DNA of 63,179 bases, counting the filler, from Octopus bimaculoides (taxonomy: Eukaryota): the NCBI RefSeq assembly GCF_001194135.2. It is 4 parts of 4 records of this genome, joined end to end, with 100 filler letters (N's around TTAATTAATTAA, not from the genome) between each part and the next. Parts side by side here need not be neighbours in the genome. Positions count along the whole stretch, not along the records: positions 1 to 28,505 come from NC_068981.1; positions 28,606 to 54,964 come from NC_068999.1; 2 more parts are not named here. One strand, written 5' to 3'. Below the pieces are notes generated by a model, which had not been told where the DNA came from, did no database searches, and saw only the letters and a list, made by a program, of their open reading frames with translations. The translations under genes were made by a program, and so were the position numbers. Position 1 is the stretch's first letter. Each line of letters begins with the position of its first letter. Positions 24,850 to 36,910 of the stretch are shown in pieces.

Positions 24850-25950
24850 AATAAAGCTTCCTTCTACAACGTGCATGCGAGTCTAAACTACCTGCCTACG
24901 AACTCTATCCATTTTCCATCTCTTGGATCGATAGCCTCCAACCAGATCACCCACATTTCAATGCATATTGATGGATATCTTTCTATTCTAAAATCAATCA
25001 ACTCCGATGTGCTCCAGAGTTCGGTTTTGTACCCATTCGTCCATTTCTACATCAATGATATATTACCTTCTCATCCAACAGCACCCATTCTTATACAGAT
25101 GACATAATCCTTCATTCTTCCCTAACCTTCCCTAACAAAAAAATCATTTACATGCAGCCATGATAACACACACACATCTGAAATAATTCCATTTAACAGA
25201 GACCTTGAACACATCCCAAAGTGGTGCTATGCCCATCTTTACTCTTTCAACATCACAGAAGCACATGTCCAAGTCATATCAAAAAACATGCTTGCACCAG
25301 ATAACACTTATATGCATGCGTAACTTTCAACTAGATCCCTGAATTAATGCTATATTAATGCGTCTCAATATGAGACGCATTAATATCAGAGGAGTTCCAG
25401 GATCGCATCCGAAATATTGACTCTTTTCTTTAGGGCCAAAACATTCGTTAGTCTTTAACACTTGCTGACACTCTACAAAGCTTAACTGGAGCCCACAATG
25501 AAGTATTGCTTTCAGATTTGAGATGTTGCTGATTCTACATACAGATATCCCAGGCTATATCCGAAGAAAGGCCACTAGATCGATTTGCATAAATCACATC
25601 TAGGCACACTCAAGCATTTGACCCACGGACCCTGCTGTTTCTTCTCTACCGCTACCATAATGACCTATGTTCTCTGGAGCTAACCTAATCTTGAGTCTCC
25701 TTCACTCATGTACTCCCGAGTCATTCGTCTCTTCTATTCTCGTTACCTATGATGTTTTCATGCCCTTCCCAGGCATTGTTTACATACCTTTCCCAGCCCT
25801 CTGCAATCTCTTCCCTGATTATATCTTTGCTGCAGTTGTCTATATGCAACAGAATTAGTGGAGCATTAATGGCATCAGTTTCACTTGTATCTGAGGACCT
25901 GCGAAGGCTATGGACACAGTCCCTTCCTTTGGGAACAACAAGTAAAATAT
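24850..25950 (+). mobile_element. CR1/Jockey-group LINE 3' portion (RT domain to 3' end), decayed
   Basis: Pieces HIDGYLS...INSDVLQSSVLYPF..FYINDI..(H)SYTDD; DLEHIPKW; LLTLYKA*LEPTMKYC; LLYRYHNDLCSLEL; ALCNLFPDYIF match CR1/Zenon-type RT and C-terminal motifs. Confidence 0.8.
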
Positions 25951-26221
25951 GTAAATAAACCATTACTTCAATTTGTTACTAAACTGTTATAAAAAGTGAG
26001 TATGACACCTTTTGTATCAAAAGGCATTAATTGATTGGATAGAATATCTGTAGCATTCCAGATTTATTGCTCTCAATCAGCTGTCGAGCAAAACGACGAA
26101 TTCTGTATCTGCTAAAGCAATTAGAAAAATTCGAAATTGCTATATATTGTGAGTGGCATCAGTAGGATAGTACACGATCAGCTTCGTGCACAATTGATGA
26201 TAAACCAAGAGAACTACAAAT

Positions 26222-26358
26222 AACAACTAAATTTCCATGAATCCACATCACACCTTAAAAAGAAAAGATGTATTGAGCGAGTAATCGCAAGAAACAACAG
26301 CTAAATGTCCATGATTTCACGTCACACCTTAAAAGAAAAGACTATTGAATGAGTAATC
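26222..26358 (+). repeat. Diverged direct-repeat dimer (about 65-bp unit)
   Basis: AACAACTAAATTTCCATGAATCCACATCACACCTTAAAAAGAAAAGATGTATTGAGCGAGTAATC vs AACAGCTAAATGTCCATGATTTCACGTCACACCTTAAAAGAAAAGACTATTGAATGAGTAATC. Confidence 0.8.
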
Positions 26359-27284
26359 TGATTCTGGATGATGGAAGCAGGATTACATCCAAAGTCTTGA
26401 CGGAAAAGGCTGGACTACCGTTCGTATTTGACCTGCCAGTCAGTGAGTTAGCAACAGCAACAACTATGATCTCGTAAATACAAAGACATAAAGTCTTGTT
26501 ATATATAACGAAGAGAATTTCAGAAGGAAATGTGCTACGAACTATGTCTGTAACTCTGAAATCTTCACTATTGATTTTGAGGCATTTTAAAAATTACTAT
26601 TGTTCCTTACATTAAATTTAGTCTCATTATTAATCATCTTTTTGCATTTCTAATTTTGTAATTCTAATTGTTATGGATCCCAGAACGAGACGACGAACAA
26701 AATTGCTTATTTTCACACAAATAACTCGCAAGTTGAATGATATAAACGCATGTATATATGTATATGGAAATGTGTGTGTGTGTGTGTGTGTGTGTGTNNN
26801 NNNNNNNNNNNNNNNNNNNNNNNNNNNNNNNNNNNNNNNNNNNNNNNNNNNNNNNNNNNNNNNNNNNNNNNNNNNNNNNNNNNNNNNNNNNNNNNNNNNN
26901 NNNNNNNNNNNNNNNNNNNNNNNNNNNNNNNNNNNNNNNNNNNNNNNNNNNNNNNNNNNNNNNNNNNNNNNNNNNNNNNNNNNNNNNNNNNNNNNNNNNN
27001 NNNNNNNNNNNNNNNNNNNNNNNNNNNNNNNNNNNNNNNNNNNNNNNNNNNNNNNNNNNNNNNNNNNNNNNNNNNNNNNNNNNNNNNNNNNNNNNNNNNN
27101 NNNNNNNNNNNNNNNNNNNNNNNNNNNNNNNNNNNNNNNNNNNNNNNNNNNNNNNNNNNNNNNNNNNNNNNNNNNNNNNNNNNNNNNNNNNNNNNNNNNN
27201 NNNNNNNNNNNNNNNNNNNNNNNNNNNNNNNNNNNNNNNNNNNNNNNNNNNNNNNNNNNNNNNNNNNNNNNNNNNNNNNNNNNN

Positions 27285-27318
<34 letters not shown>

Positions 27319-27583
27319 TATATATACATACATATATATATATATATGCGTGTAAATATATATGAATAAAATATATAGACAGACAGAGAAGAATACAGAT
27401 TGAAAGAGACAGTCAGGCAGACTTTCAGACAATTTAAACTAATATTCATAATCCTTATGAGATTCATTTGTGTCTACTTACCACGTGCGTGCGCGTGCGC
27501 GCGCGTGTGTGTGTGTCTAACGTATATATATATATATATATCTCATTGTCGGTGTTTATTATCTTCCTTGACTTTCACTATCC

Positions 27584-27620
<37 letters not shown>

Positions 27621-27972
27621 ATATGGGATTTCAATTTGCTAAATATACTTTCATGTGTACAGAATATGTTCATTTATATTCTACGTTGTCTTATGCAATT
27701 TTCATTGCTTATTTATTTATATGCAGTCTTTCGACTTTCGTTCCTTGCTGCTAAGATAACATTTCGAAGAGATTGCGACACATTTTCATATGTTATTTTA
27801 TTTTACAACCACACGGCAGAACACGATACTTAAATTACATCACGACCGCTTTACACAGTCTCTGTAAACGAAATAGTCTTCTCCAGATGCTGAACTCTAT
27901 ATATACCTATCTCTCTTTCTCTTTCTCTCCCTCTCTCTTTCTCTCTCTCTCTCTCACACATACACACACACA

Positions 27973-28072
<100 letters not shown>

Positions 28073-28121
28073 TTGCATAGATGTGTGTTCGTTTGTATGT
28101 GTGCATGAGTCTGTTTGTGTG

Positions 28122-28188
<67 letters not shown>

Positions 28189-28505
28189 TTCATCTCTTCC
28201 TCAACTACTGGACCAAAAGCAACAAGAAAGTTACAGTAACGACTGACTGAGTCATGAACAATATATATATATATATGTATATATATAATATACATAAATA
28301 GATATATGCATATATCTATACATATATGTATGGATATATGCATATATCTTTATATTTATATTATTATATGATCGAACGCCACGCATCCTTTTCCAAGTAA
28401 ATTTTACCTATATATATATATGTCGACTGTTTTGTATTTTAACATACAAGAAAGAAAATTTACGGCGTTCGAAGTTTACTTTCTTGTCTGTAATATATGT
28501 ATATA

Positions 28506-28605
28506 NNNNNNNNNNNNNNNNNNNNNNNNNNNNNNNNNNNNNNNNNNNNTTAATTAATTAANNNNNNNNNNNNNNNNNNNNNNNNNNNNNNNNNNNNNNN
28601 NNNNN
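28506..28605. other. Artificial scaffold linker 44N-TTAATTAATTAA-44N
   Basis: Exactly 100 positions; the 12-mer has stops in all six frames; identical structure occurs three times. Confidence 0.95.
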
Positions 28606-29827
28606 ATATGTATGATGACATTCTTCTTGGATATTTTACTAGCGGGACCTAGCAAAAACCAGTGTAAATCAGCATATTTGAAAATATTATCATTATATTA
28701 AACACCAGCAAGTCTTTTCACTCAGATCTTTATAAAACCTGCCATTTAATCAAAATTATACTTTCAGATAAAATGCAAATGAACTGAGAAGGTGTTGCTT
28801 ATTTCCCTCCTTTTAATTTTAACACATATCGTGTGCATTATAGCCTATGGAAATAAAAGATGAATTAAAATGATAAGACTCCCCTGTAGTAGGTTAATGA
28901 TGCGGAGCTGCAATCGATAAATTGCGAGCAGGGGAGCAAACCCCTACCACCTTCTGCGTCGGGAACAGCAGACCAGCCCAATAAGCAAAAATGCTAGTTC
29001 TAAAATGTCTCAAAGACATAAATTCTGTAGTTGTACTATTGTAATATTCGTAACCACTTCAACATGTCTGCCTGTTCAAACGGACCCTACTGCGATTTTT
29101 TTACTCTGGGCGGACATATCCTCTTGCTGGAATACTATTGTTGTTGTTTTTTTTTTGTTTTTTTTACAAAATGTAGTTATTTACATTTAATATCATATAT
29201 AAGTGGAAAATGTATATATTATTTATTTGAATACCTCATATATTGCCGTATGCCTTTAAAACATCTAAAATATATACTCCCGGCAGCTGCAAAGATATTT
29301 TCTCGATATTATTTGCAGATATTGAATTTTTCCTGCAAACACTACACATCATTTAACTGTAGACGGTTTAGTAGGAGTACTTTCACACGTCCCATTTTCA
29401 TCTGCAGTATTTCTACTCTTATTGTTTTATTTTCTCTGCCTTGTAATCATGACAATCATCGTCATAGATTAAATTAACCGGCAACTCTGAAGAAATTCAT
29501 AAGGAAATTAGAGCGGAAAATAGAAATTCTGCGAATTATTTGTCTGTTGCTATAACGTTTCTTTCAAACCAACAAAAGCTTTTGGAATGCGTTTCTGTGG
29601 GCTAGGTGCCAAAACTCTTTCTATTGACTATAAATTCTCTTTCTATTGACAATAAATTTGATAACAGAGGGGATGAAATACTATTTTGGAATCACTTTAG
29701 AATAGAACAAAGTACATATTTCCGGAAACCAAACATAGTGGTCAATAATTATATTGACTTAGTAGTTCATATGTCTTCCAAACTATTTGTTTAAATGATA
29801 GATAGACATATACATACATACATACAT

Positions 29828-29875
<48 letters not shown>

Positions 29876-30647
29876 NNNNNNNNNNNNNNNNNNNNNNNNN
29901 NNNNNNNNNNNNNNNNNNNNNNNNNNNNNNNNNNNNNNNNNNNNNNNNNNNNNNNNNNNNNNNNNNNNNNNNNNNNNNNNNNNNNNNNNNNNNNNNNNNN
30001 NNNNNNNNNNNNNNNNNNNNNNNNNNNNNNNNNNNNNNNNNNNNNNNNNNNNNNNNNNNNNNNNNNNNNNNNNNNNNNNNNNNNNNNNNNNNNNNNNNNN
30101 NNNNNNNNNNNNATATATATATATACATATATATATACATATATGTATATATCTATATTGCAAAGAGAAGTTAACGAAATGAATACATAGTATATACACG
30201 CTCTAACGTTACCAAGCTATATATAACTATATTAAAAAGAATGTATGTACATGTGTAGACGAGGGACAAGTTAGCGAAGCAAATATTAATTATATGCACA
30301 CAGTCGTATTACTAGTATGTATATAGATATACTAAAAATATCGTCTATAGATCTATCGTTAAACATTTAAAGGCACATTGCATATCCCCGATCGCAGTAT
30401 CAGTACGTTTTCACAAATATTTCAAAATACTCATGTAATTTTCAGAATCCTTGCAATGCTTTCTTCTTCCATGGTGTCATATTCTCCTTGAGCAGCCTTT
30501 TCTTAACATCAGCCAAGCATTCTGTCAGCGCTTCTTTAAGTATCCATACGTGAAATGACTATAAAGTTTCAAGTAATGAAATGCACTCAAATGATACACA
30601 TTGCTCCACACCTATTAACGTTATCTCTCATATTTTACGGAGTGGGT

Positions 30648-30862
30648 TATTCTAGCTTCATTGGTGTCAAATGTTTGGGGAGAAAGTTTGTTGATCACAT
30701 CAATCCCGATGCTTAACTGGCGTTTATTCTATCGTTCCCGAAATCGAAAGATTGAAATACAAAGTCGTCCCCGGGAGAATTTGTATTCAACACGTAACGA
30801 TGAATGATGTGCCGCTAGGTGTTTTGCCCTGCGTGCAAATGATTCTGCCAGCTTACCGCCTC
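30648..30862 (-). mobile_element. SINE family C, degenerate copy
   Basis: Reverse complement collinear with 55896-56112 (GGC..AGCTGGCAGAATC.TT.GCA.GC.GGGC.AAA). Confidence 0.65.
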
Positions 30863-30864
30863 AG

Positions 30865-31830
30865 AAATGTTTATCTACATTACCACTTCAATGAAAGTAC
30901 ATCTTCGTTGTTATTAGCATCCTTGTTTGTTTTGATATATGTTAATCAAGGCCTCCTTCGTCTTGCCGGCACCATACCGTACAATGCCCATTGTTCGGGC
31001 CTTTATATTCAACGTACTCCACTTGCTTTATAGTGGTTAGATGAAGTAGTTGAACACCAGTGCTATCCACGTTCCTACTCTACTGCATCTCCAAAATGGT
31101 GCATTTGACAAGGCGGAAGGAAATTCTGATGTCCTATGAAAAAAATTCCGATACTTTGTGTAAAAGAATGCAATTTGTCTGCAGTGGTATCATAGACTTT
31201 AATATTATCCATAAAAAGTAAGTGATCATTGGCTAGCATATAGCCTGTGTTCGTTTCCCTCAAGGTCAGTGTTCTCATGACGAAGACAAATGAGAACACA
31301 GTATTATCCTGAATTATAATGCGCTTAGTCGGTAATTCCCCTGATACTAAAACAGTTCTCCAGCTACTCATCCTGGAGAACTTATTAAAAAGTGATACTA
31401 TGCTAGACTCAGCAGCAATCATATCTATACTCTTCAGCATCTACGAATCGTGCGCCACGGAATAGTCTATTCAAGCAATGGATATGTTTGTTATTCGCTT
31501 GCAATTCTTCATCATTTATTTTCATTATTGTTATGAATTTCTTGCATATTTCGATTTTGTTTCAGTTTCTTGCCGAAAGTCTTCTCGATCCATGGGGCAA
31601 AGAAAGTCACTGCATGCATCGATAGGCAATTAAACTAAACACACCACAGGTTTCCTCCTCACAATGAAATGAAGTAATGTGAAAAACATGCATGTGTGGT
31701 GATCGTTGTCACATCGACAATACCCTTTTTACTACAAGTGGCATACTAGTTAAAACAACCTCTTCCGCTGCTTGCAGGAATTGTATAACAGGGATCATTC
31801 ACAAAGAATTTTCAGTTTCATTTATTCATT
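30865..31830 (-). mobile_element. R4/Dong-like non-LTR retrotransposon RT fragment
   Basis: ISIA*IDYSVAHDS; SWRTVLVSGE...IIIQDNTVFSFVFVMRTLTLRETNTGYMLANDHLLFMDNIKVY (degenerate QGDSLSP and NHLLFMDDLK motifs); RYGAG downstream. Confidence 0.85.
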
Positions 31831-32560
31831 CCTTGTTATTCTATAACCATCTTGATTTAACACGTTTTTCAATTTTAATTAACTAACCTTTATATTTTCT
31901 GAAATTGTCAAATCATTTTGACCTGGTATTATGGTCACACGAAATACTCACGGCGATTAATAAACAAACTTTATTCTTTCGTCTTTCACAAAAAAAAATA
32001 TTCGGTTCATTTGCTTTCATTGTTCGGGCTCTATCAATTCGAACATTTCAAATATCGATACATTTTCATCCTCAATTACAACGTCAAGGACGTGATTATG
32101 CCACTTTTAGGCAATATGGAATTGATAATGCTGATATATTAACCACTGTAGATATTGGACAACTATGTGATGTTTTGATTTATATTCCTCAGATTCTAAA
32201 ACTTCACATCCAGATATTAAGTGACCCACTGATTTGAATCTACTAAATTTTTCATCATATTGTCTTAATAGTTCCGGGCCAATATACTTTGATCTTGAGA
32301 AGCTAAGATGAAAACTTTGCTATCTACCTTTATCCCTGAACTCCTTAGCTACTGATGGGTATGCTTCTGGTCCATATGAACATATTTGGTACGGGCCTTA
32401 TATTTATAACGAAGTGATTTTTGCCTCATTTAGCAGCCAACTGCTCATACTCATACTTTGCTATCAATTTGCATTCTGTTGCAACAAGAATTGCCTCACT
32501 TCCCGGGTATCATGCACCTGATCAATAGCAAAAATATTGCTGCTATCATCACCATCATCA

Positions 32561-32622
<62 letters not shown>

Positions 32623-33028
32623 TTATGTTTGACTTTTGTTTTGCATTTGTACAAGTTGGATCCAAGTCTCACCCAGAGACCTCAAGAGACAACAAGTTAG
32701 AAGTTCGTGTAGGNNNNNNNNNNTTATTTTATGTTTGACTTTTGTTTTGCATTTGTACAAGTTGGATCCAAGTCTCACCCAGAGACCTCAAGAGACAACA
32801 AGTTAGAAGTTCATGTAGGTGTTATGCCTAGGGTACCATATATTTGGATTTGTACAGTTTTGTTCAAGTGAATGTTTAAGAAACCATAAGAAAATTATGT
32901 TTGCTTTAAAATTTGAGATCACATAGACAGTATTTTACGTAGGATATGGGCAGTTCCCATGAGCACTATCTTTTGGACTTCAGCCATTTTGGGGTTTCCT
33001 GGTATCTGAGCTAGGTAGTAATCAGCCC
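32623..33028 (-). mobile_element. 5'-truncated Dong-like element (ORF end plus 3' UTR) within (TAA)n
   Basis: Minus strand ADYYLAQIPGNPKMAEVQKIVLMGTAHILRKILSM*, then 3' UTR; (TTA)n on both sides (about 32563-32622 and 33029-33046). Confidence 0.88.
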
Positions 33029-33046
33029 ATTATTATTATTATTATT

Positions 33047-33295
33047 GTTCAGTAGTTTTATTTTTATAACGTGCTTTCACTTCACTACCGAGCGCAGCTC
33101 TGTGCGCCTTGGGTATATGCTGTGGTTTGCTGTGGTGCTCTTATGTTTACTGTATTGAAAGTGTTTTGCGTAGAATGTGTGCAGTACCCAGTAGTGCAAT
33201 TTTCTGTATGTTATATATATTTGTAAGTCCTGGTGTTTTTGTTATGTATGTGTCTGAATATTTTTTTTATTATACCTAAGGCACCTACTATGATT

Positions 33296-33297
<2 letters not shown>
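33047..33297 (-). mobile_element. Second 5'-truncated Dong-like element, different subfamily, within (TAA)n
   Basis: Minus strand IIVGALGIIKKYSDTYITKTPGLTNIYNIQKIALLGTAHILRKTLSIQ*; (TTA)n on both sides (33029-33046, 33298-33332). Confidence 0.88.
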
Positions 33298-33333
<36 letters not shown>

Positions 33334-33585
33334 AGATAGAGTGCTAAAGTGGCAGATCCATGAGAGTGTCGAAAGCGTTACTTTGTGTTACTAGTCCAGG
33401 TTATCATACATGCCTTTTTGTTTGCATCCTACCAAAGTATCGTTTACAGGAGGGTGACTATCGCTATAAGAGCATACCTTTCTGCATTTGGATATTTTTA
33501 CATTTGATTACAATTATGTCAAAGTCATTACGCGTGTGTCACATGAAGGTAACATGTGTCTGGTGCAGCGGCAGCAGCAGACGGT

Positions 33586-33662
<77 letters not shown>

Positions 33663-33674
33663 TGTTGTTGTTGT
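33586..33674 (+). repeat. (GTA)n(GTT)n microsatellite
   Basis: Read directly. Confidence 0.95.
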
Positions 33675-34677
33675 AAAAGAAGAATATATATGAACAACAG
33701 CGTTACTTTTGAGATAAACGTGTGTGTGCGTGTGTGTGTATGTGTGTGTGTGAAATTTGTAATATATCATTTGAAAGTAGAACTTTTTTAAGCTCGTCAA
33801 CGTAGCGTCAAATTTGTATCACATTCTATTTCACCTACTTTTTGAGAGTTACATTCGTGTCATATTTAACATTATTTTCTGAAAAAACAAATAGATATGC
33901 TTTTAGCTTTTGCTACAAATCCTTTAAGAAGTCTTTTAGTTTCTAAAAATAGTTTGCTCTGCATTAAATTATACCTGTTTTCGTATACATAAATGTGATG
34001 TTCGTGTATGGTTATGTGGGAAGGTGTCTGCGCAGATTCATTTATTATATTTGCCTCGGAGCAAGTCTTTGATTTTTCGATTGTCTACATATATATTATT
34101 GTACTTCTCAAATTGTTTATTCCGTACGATAATATATCATTTTCGCTGTTGGTCATGTGGCAGAAATAATGTAAGAGGCGACATCGAGACGTTAATTTAA
34201 TTTAAATGCGCAATTCATGTGAAAGATTGAAGGATTGATATTCCTGTTTAAATATAGAAACTTTTGTATTGATGATATATGAATTGTCAATTGATGTTGC
34301 CGTGTTTAAATTTTTGCAAAAAATGTAACTAAGTTATGTATAACACTGCAATTATTTCTTAATTAGTCTTTTCTCGATATATTTAACTAATTATAAAATA
34401 TCTGTTGCTAAGGTTTCTAAACGATGAACTCTATATTTTAATATTTGCATCAATTTCTTCCTGAAGTGAGAAGTACTGTTGTCTTCTTTTCGCTACTGTC
34501 AGTGTAGATTTATATTTCTTAGCATTGAGAAATTTTCTTATGAAATATTTTATTGTAACACGTGAATATATATATATATATATTTTTTTTTTTTGCTTAA
34601 TGTATGCATAAGTAGCACATTTTTCGGAAATATATCATCAGCTTGTGTAAGAATGTATATTTTCAATAACTGAAATG

Positions 34678-34883
34678 ATAATGGTTTCAAATTTGGCACA
34701 AAGCCAGCAATTTCGCGGAAGTGTCTAAGTTGATTACGTCGACCATACTATTCAGTTATCATTTACTGATCCCAAAAGGATAAAAGGCAAAGTTGGCCTC
34801 TGCGGAACTTGAACGCAATGACGGACGAAATGCCGCTAAGCATTTTACGCGGTGTGCTTAAAATTCTGCCAGTTCGCCGCCTT
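34678..34883 (-). mobile_element. SINE family C copy
   Basis: Reverse complement begins AAGGCGGCGAACTGGCAGAATTTTAAGCACACCGCGTAAAATGCTTAGCGGCATTTCGTC, as in 55631 and 55896. Confidence 0.8.
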
Positions 34884-36689
34884 AGTAAATGAAATAAATA
34901 TCACTCGTAAATGCAGCAGGGCTAAAGACACACGCACATCCTCATTTATGTAAACAGAAACACAATCAAATCTTCCGGTAAGACATACTAAGCAGGCACC
35001 TCTCAAAATATAGGCAAATTGCATTTGATTCATATAACTACACACTTGCCGTTGAATGTAGTTGTAGTCGATCATATTCGGGAAAAGTTGATGGACAAAG
35101 ATATCCGATATATTTTCAAAAATATATAAGACTTTCCTTTATCACAATAACCCTGAGGTTTCCGCTACAATTTTCCATGTATGCTTGGCAAGTCAATTGA
35201 CGATACGTCACAGGGAGAGTCGTGTTGTTCTTTTTTTGTCCAAAGTACTGTCCAATAATATGGAGTGGAAGCTTATTTATTTGTATTCTAATCCTGATAA
35301 TAACACACGCTGAATATATATATATACACACAGACATTTTTTGGTTTAATGATAGTCTGCAAACTTCATCACACGCTCTCTTATGGATTATTGGTATTGA
35401 ATATAATTGAAAATAGTATGTTTTATATGTATAATGGATCATTTGGGGAAAAGAAAAGAGAAATAGCATGCGTGGATTTTCAGTTAACAATTGATAACAC
35501 TCTAAAGAGAAAATCGCTTTCTTAAACAGAGGTGTTCACACATGATATGAGAAAAAATGAAACTGCGCAGATGTTAGTATACTAGCAAGAGCTATATACC
35601 GGATATCAGCTGATTTTCAGTTTTCGGTACTCGAAATTACTTAATATGCTATTTGTATATCACTTTACTCTGAAACGTAGAAGTATTAAATTATCCAAAG
35701 TTATTGAATGGTGTTTTAATAATTATCTCCGTTTATTCGAGGCAGTCGTTCAGTGACGGTGGTAATTATAAGAAAGATTATACTGAATGAAGTTTTAATA
35801 ATTAATAATTTACTGAATGAAATTTTGGTAATTATATTTTGAAACAATGAGTGTGTGTATAATACGTAAATTATTACGAAATTTATTAAAGCTCAATTGT
35901 AAAGGTCCAAAGTACGGGTGGAACTAACACTAATTGAGTGTTTGCGAATTCCTCGAGGTATTCATGCGTTTATATTTAAAAAATAAAAGCATATTGCTTT
36001 TCGAAAATAATAAAACACATTTTCACTATTTAGTGTCCGTTTCAGAGTTATCCTGGACACATTTTTAGCTAGATTTTCATAAGATATTTGCAAATTCAGA
36101 GTTATTCCCTGATATATATATATACGTGTGTATATANNNNNNNNNNNNNNNNTATATATATATATATATATTCATTTATGTGAGGATGCATATGTGTGTG
36201 TGTGTACCTGTCTGTCTGTGTCTATGTGTTTGTGTGTTTTTGTGTGTTTGGATGAGTGTATGTATATATGTATGTGTGTGCATTTGCATGTATGTAGATA
36301 ATATTGGCAACAACAAGAGAGCAAGCAGCTGGATAGGCTCTTGAAGCAGTGCATCAAAGAGAAAATATTTGTATGTCATAAAACATATATTGAAAAAGGT
36401 CCTGTGTTGAAAGCCATTAAAAATAACTGCAGTGCCAAATGTTAGTGTCAACTGATACGCAGTTGAACTCCTGGCAGATAGTGCAGCGCACAAGTGATGT
36501 AACACAGTATACTACTTTACCCCTAACAGTTAGAAGGTAATACAACTCCTGAATGAACACCTCACCCAATGAGAAATCGAATCAAATGGATTGAGATAGC
36601 CGATATGAATGTTTGGTATCAACTGGATGGAAAAAAAAAACATCGTAGAACATAAAAAATGATGCTAGTAGTTTCATCTGAGCATAATG

Positions 36690-36910
36690 ATGAATTATCA
36701 CACATATATGATGAACGATGCCCTCATAGAATACAAAAGGCCGTATTCCACTGGTCCGGATATGTCGCAAGGTGCATAGGCAAAGAGTTGACTTGAGCAG
36801 TTGCAGAGTGGTATTCAACAGATCAGAAAAAGCCCACTCAGAAGACTTCCAAGATGAAGGGAAGACAACGCAGTTATAAGATATAGGGCGGGATTTTAAA
36901 GAATGATGCA
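36690..36910 (+). mobile_element. RTE-clade LINE C-terminal fragment, very decayed
   Basis: KAVFHWSGYVARCIGKELT*AVAEWYSTDQKKP resembles the RTE motif KWRWAGHVAR...WTxxxxEWYPRxxKRP; it may extend upstream to about 36300. Confidence 0.55.

Noticed and set aside
32623-32817. Tandem duplication of about 90 bp of the Dong 3' UTR
   Set aside because: The two near-identical copies sit either side of a 10-N gap, typical of an unmerged contig overlap.
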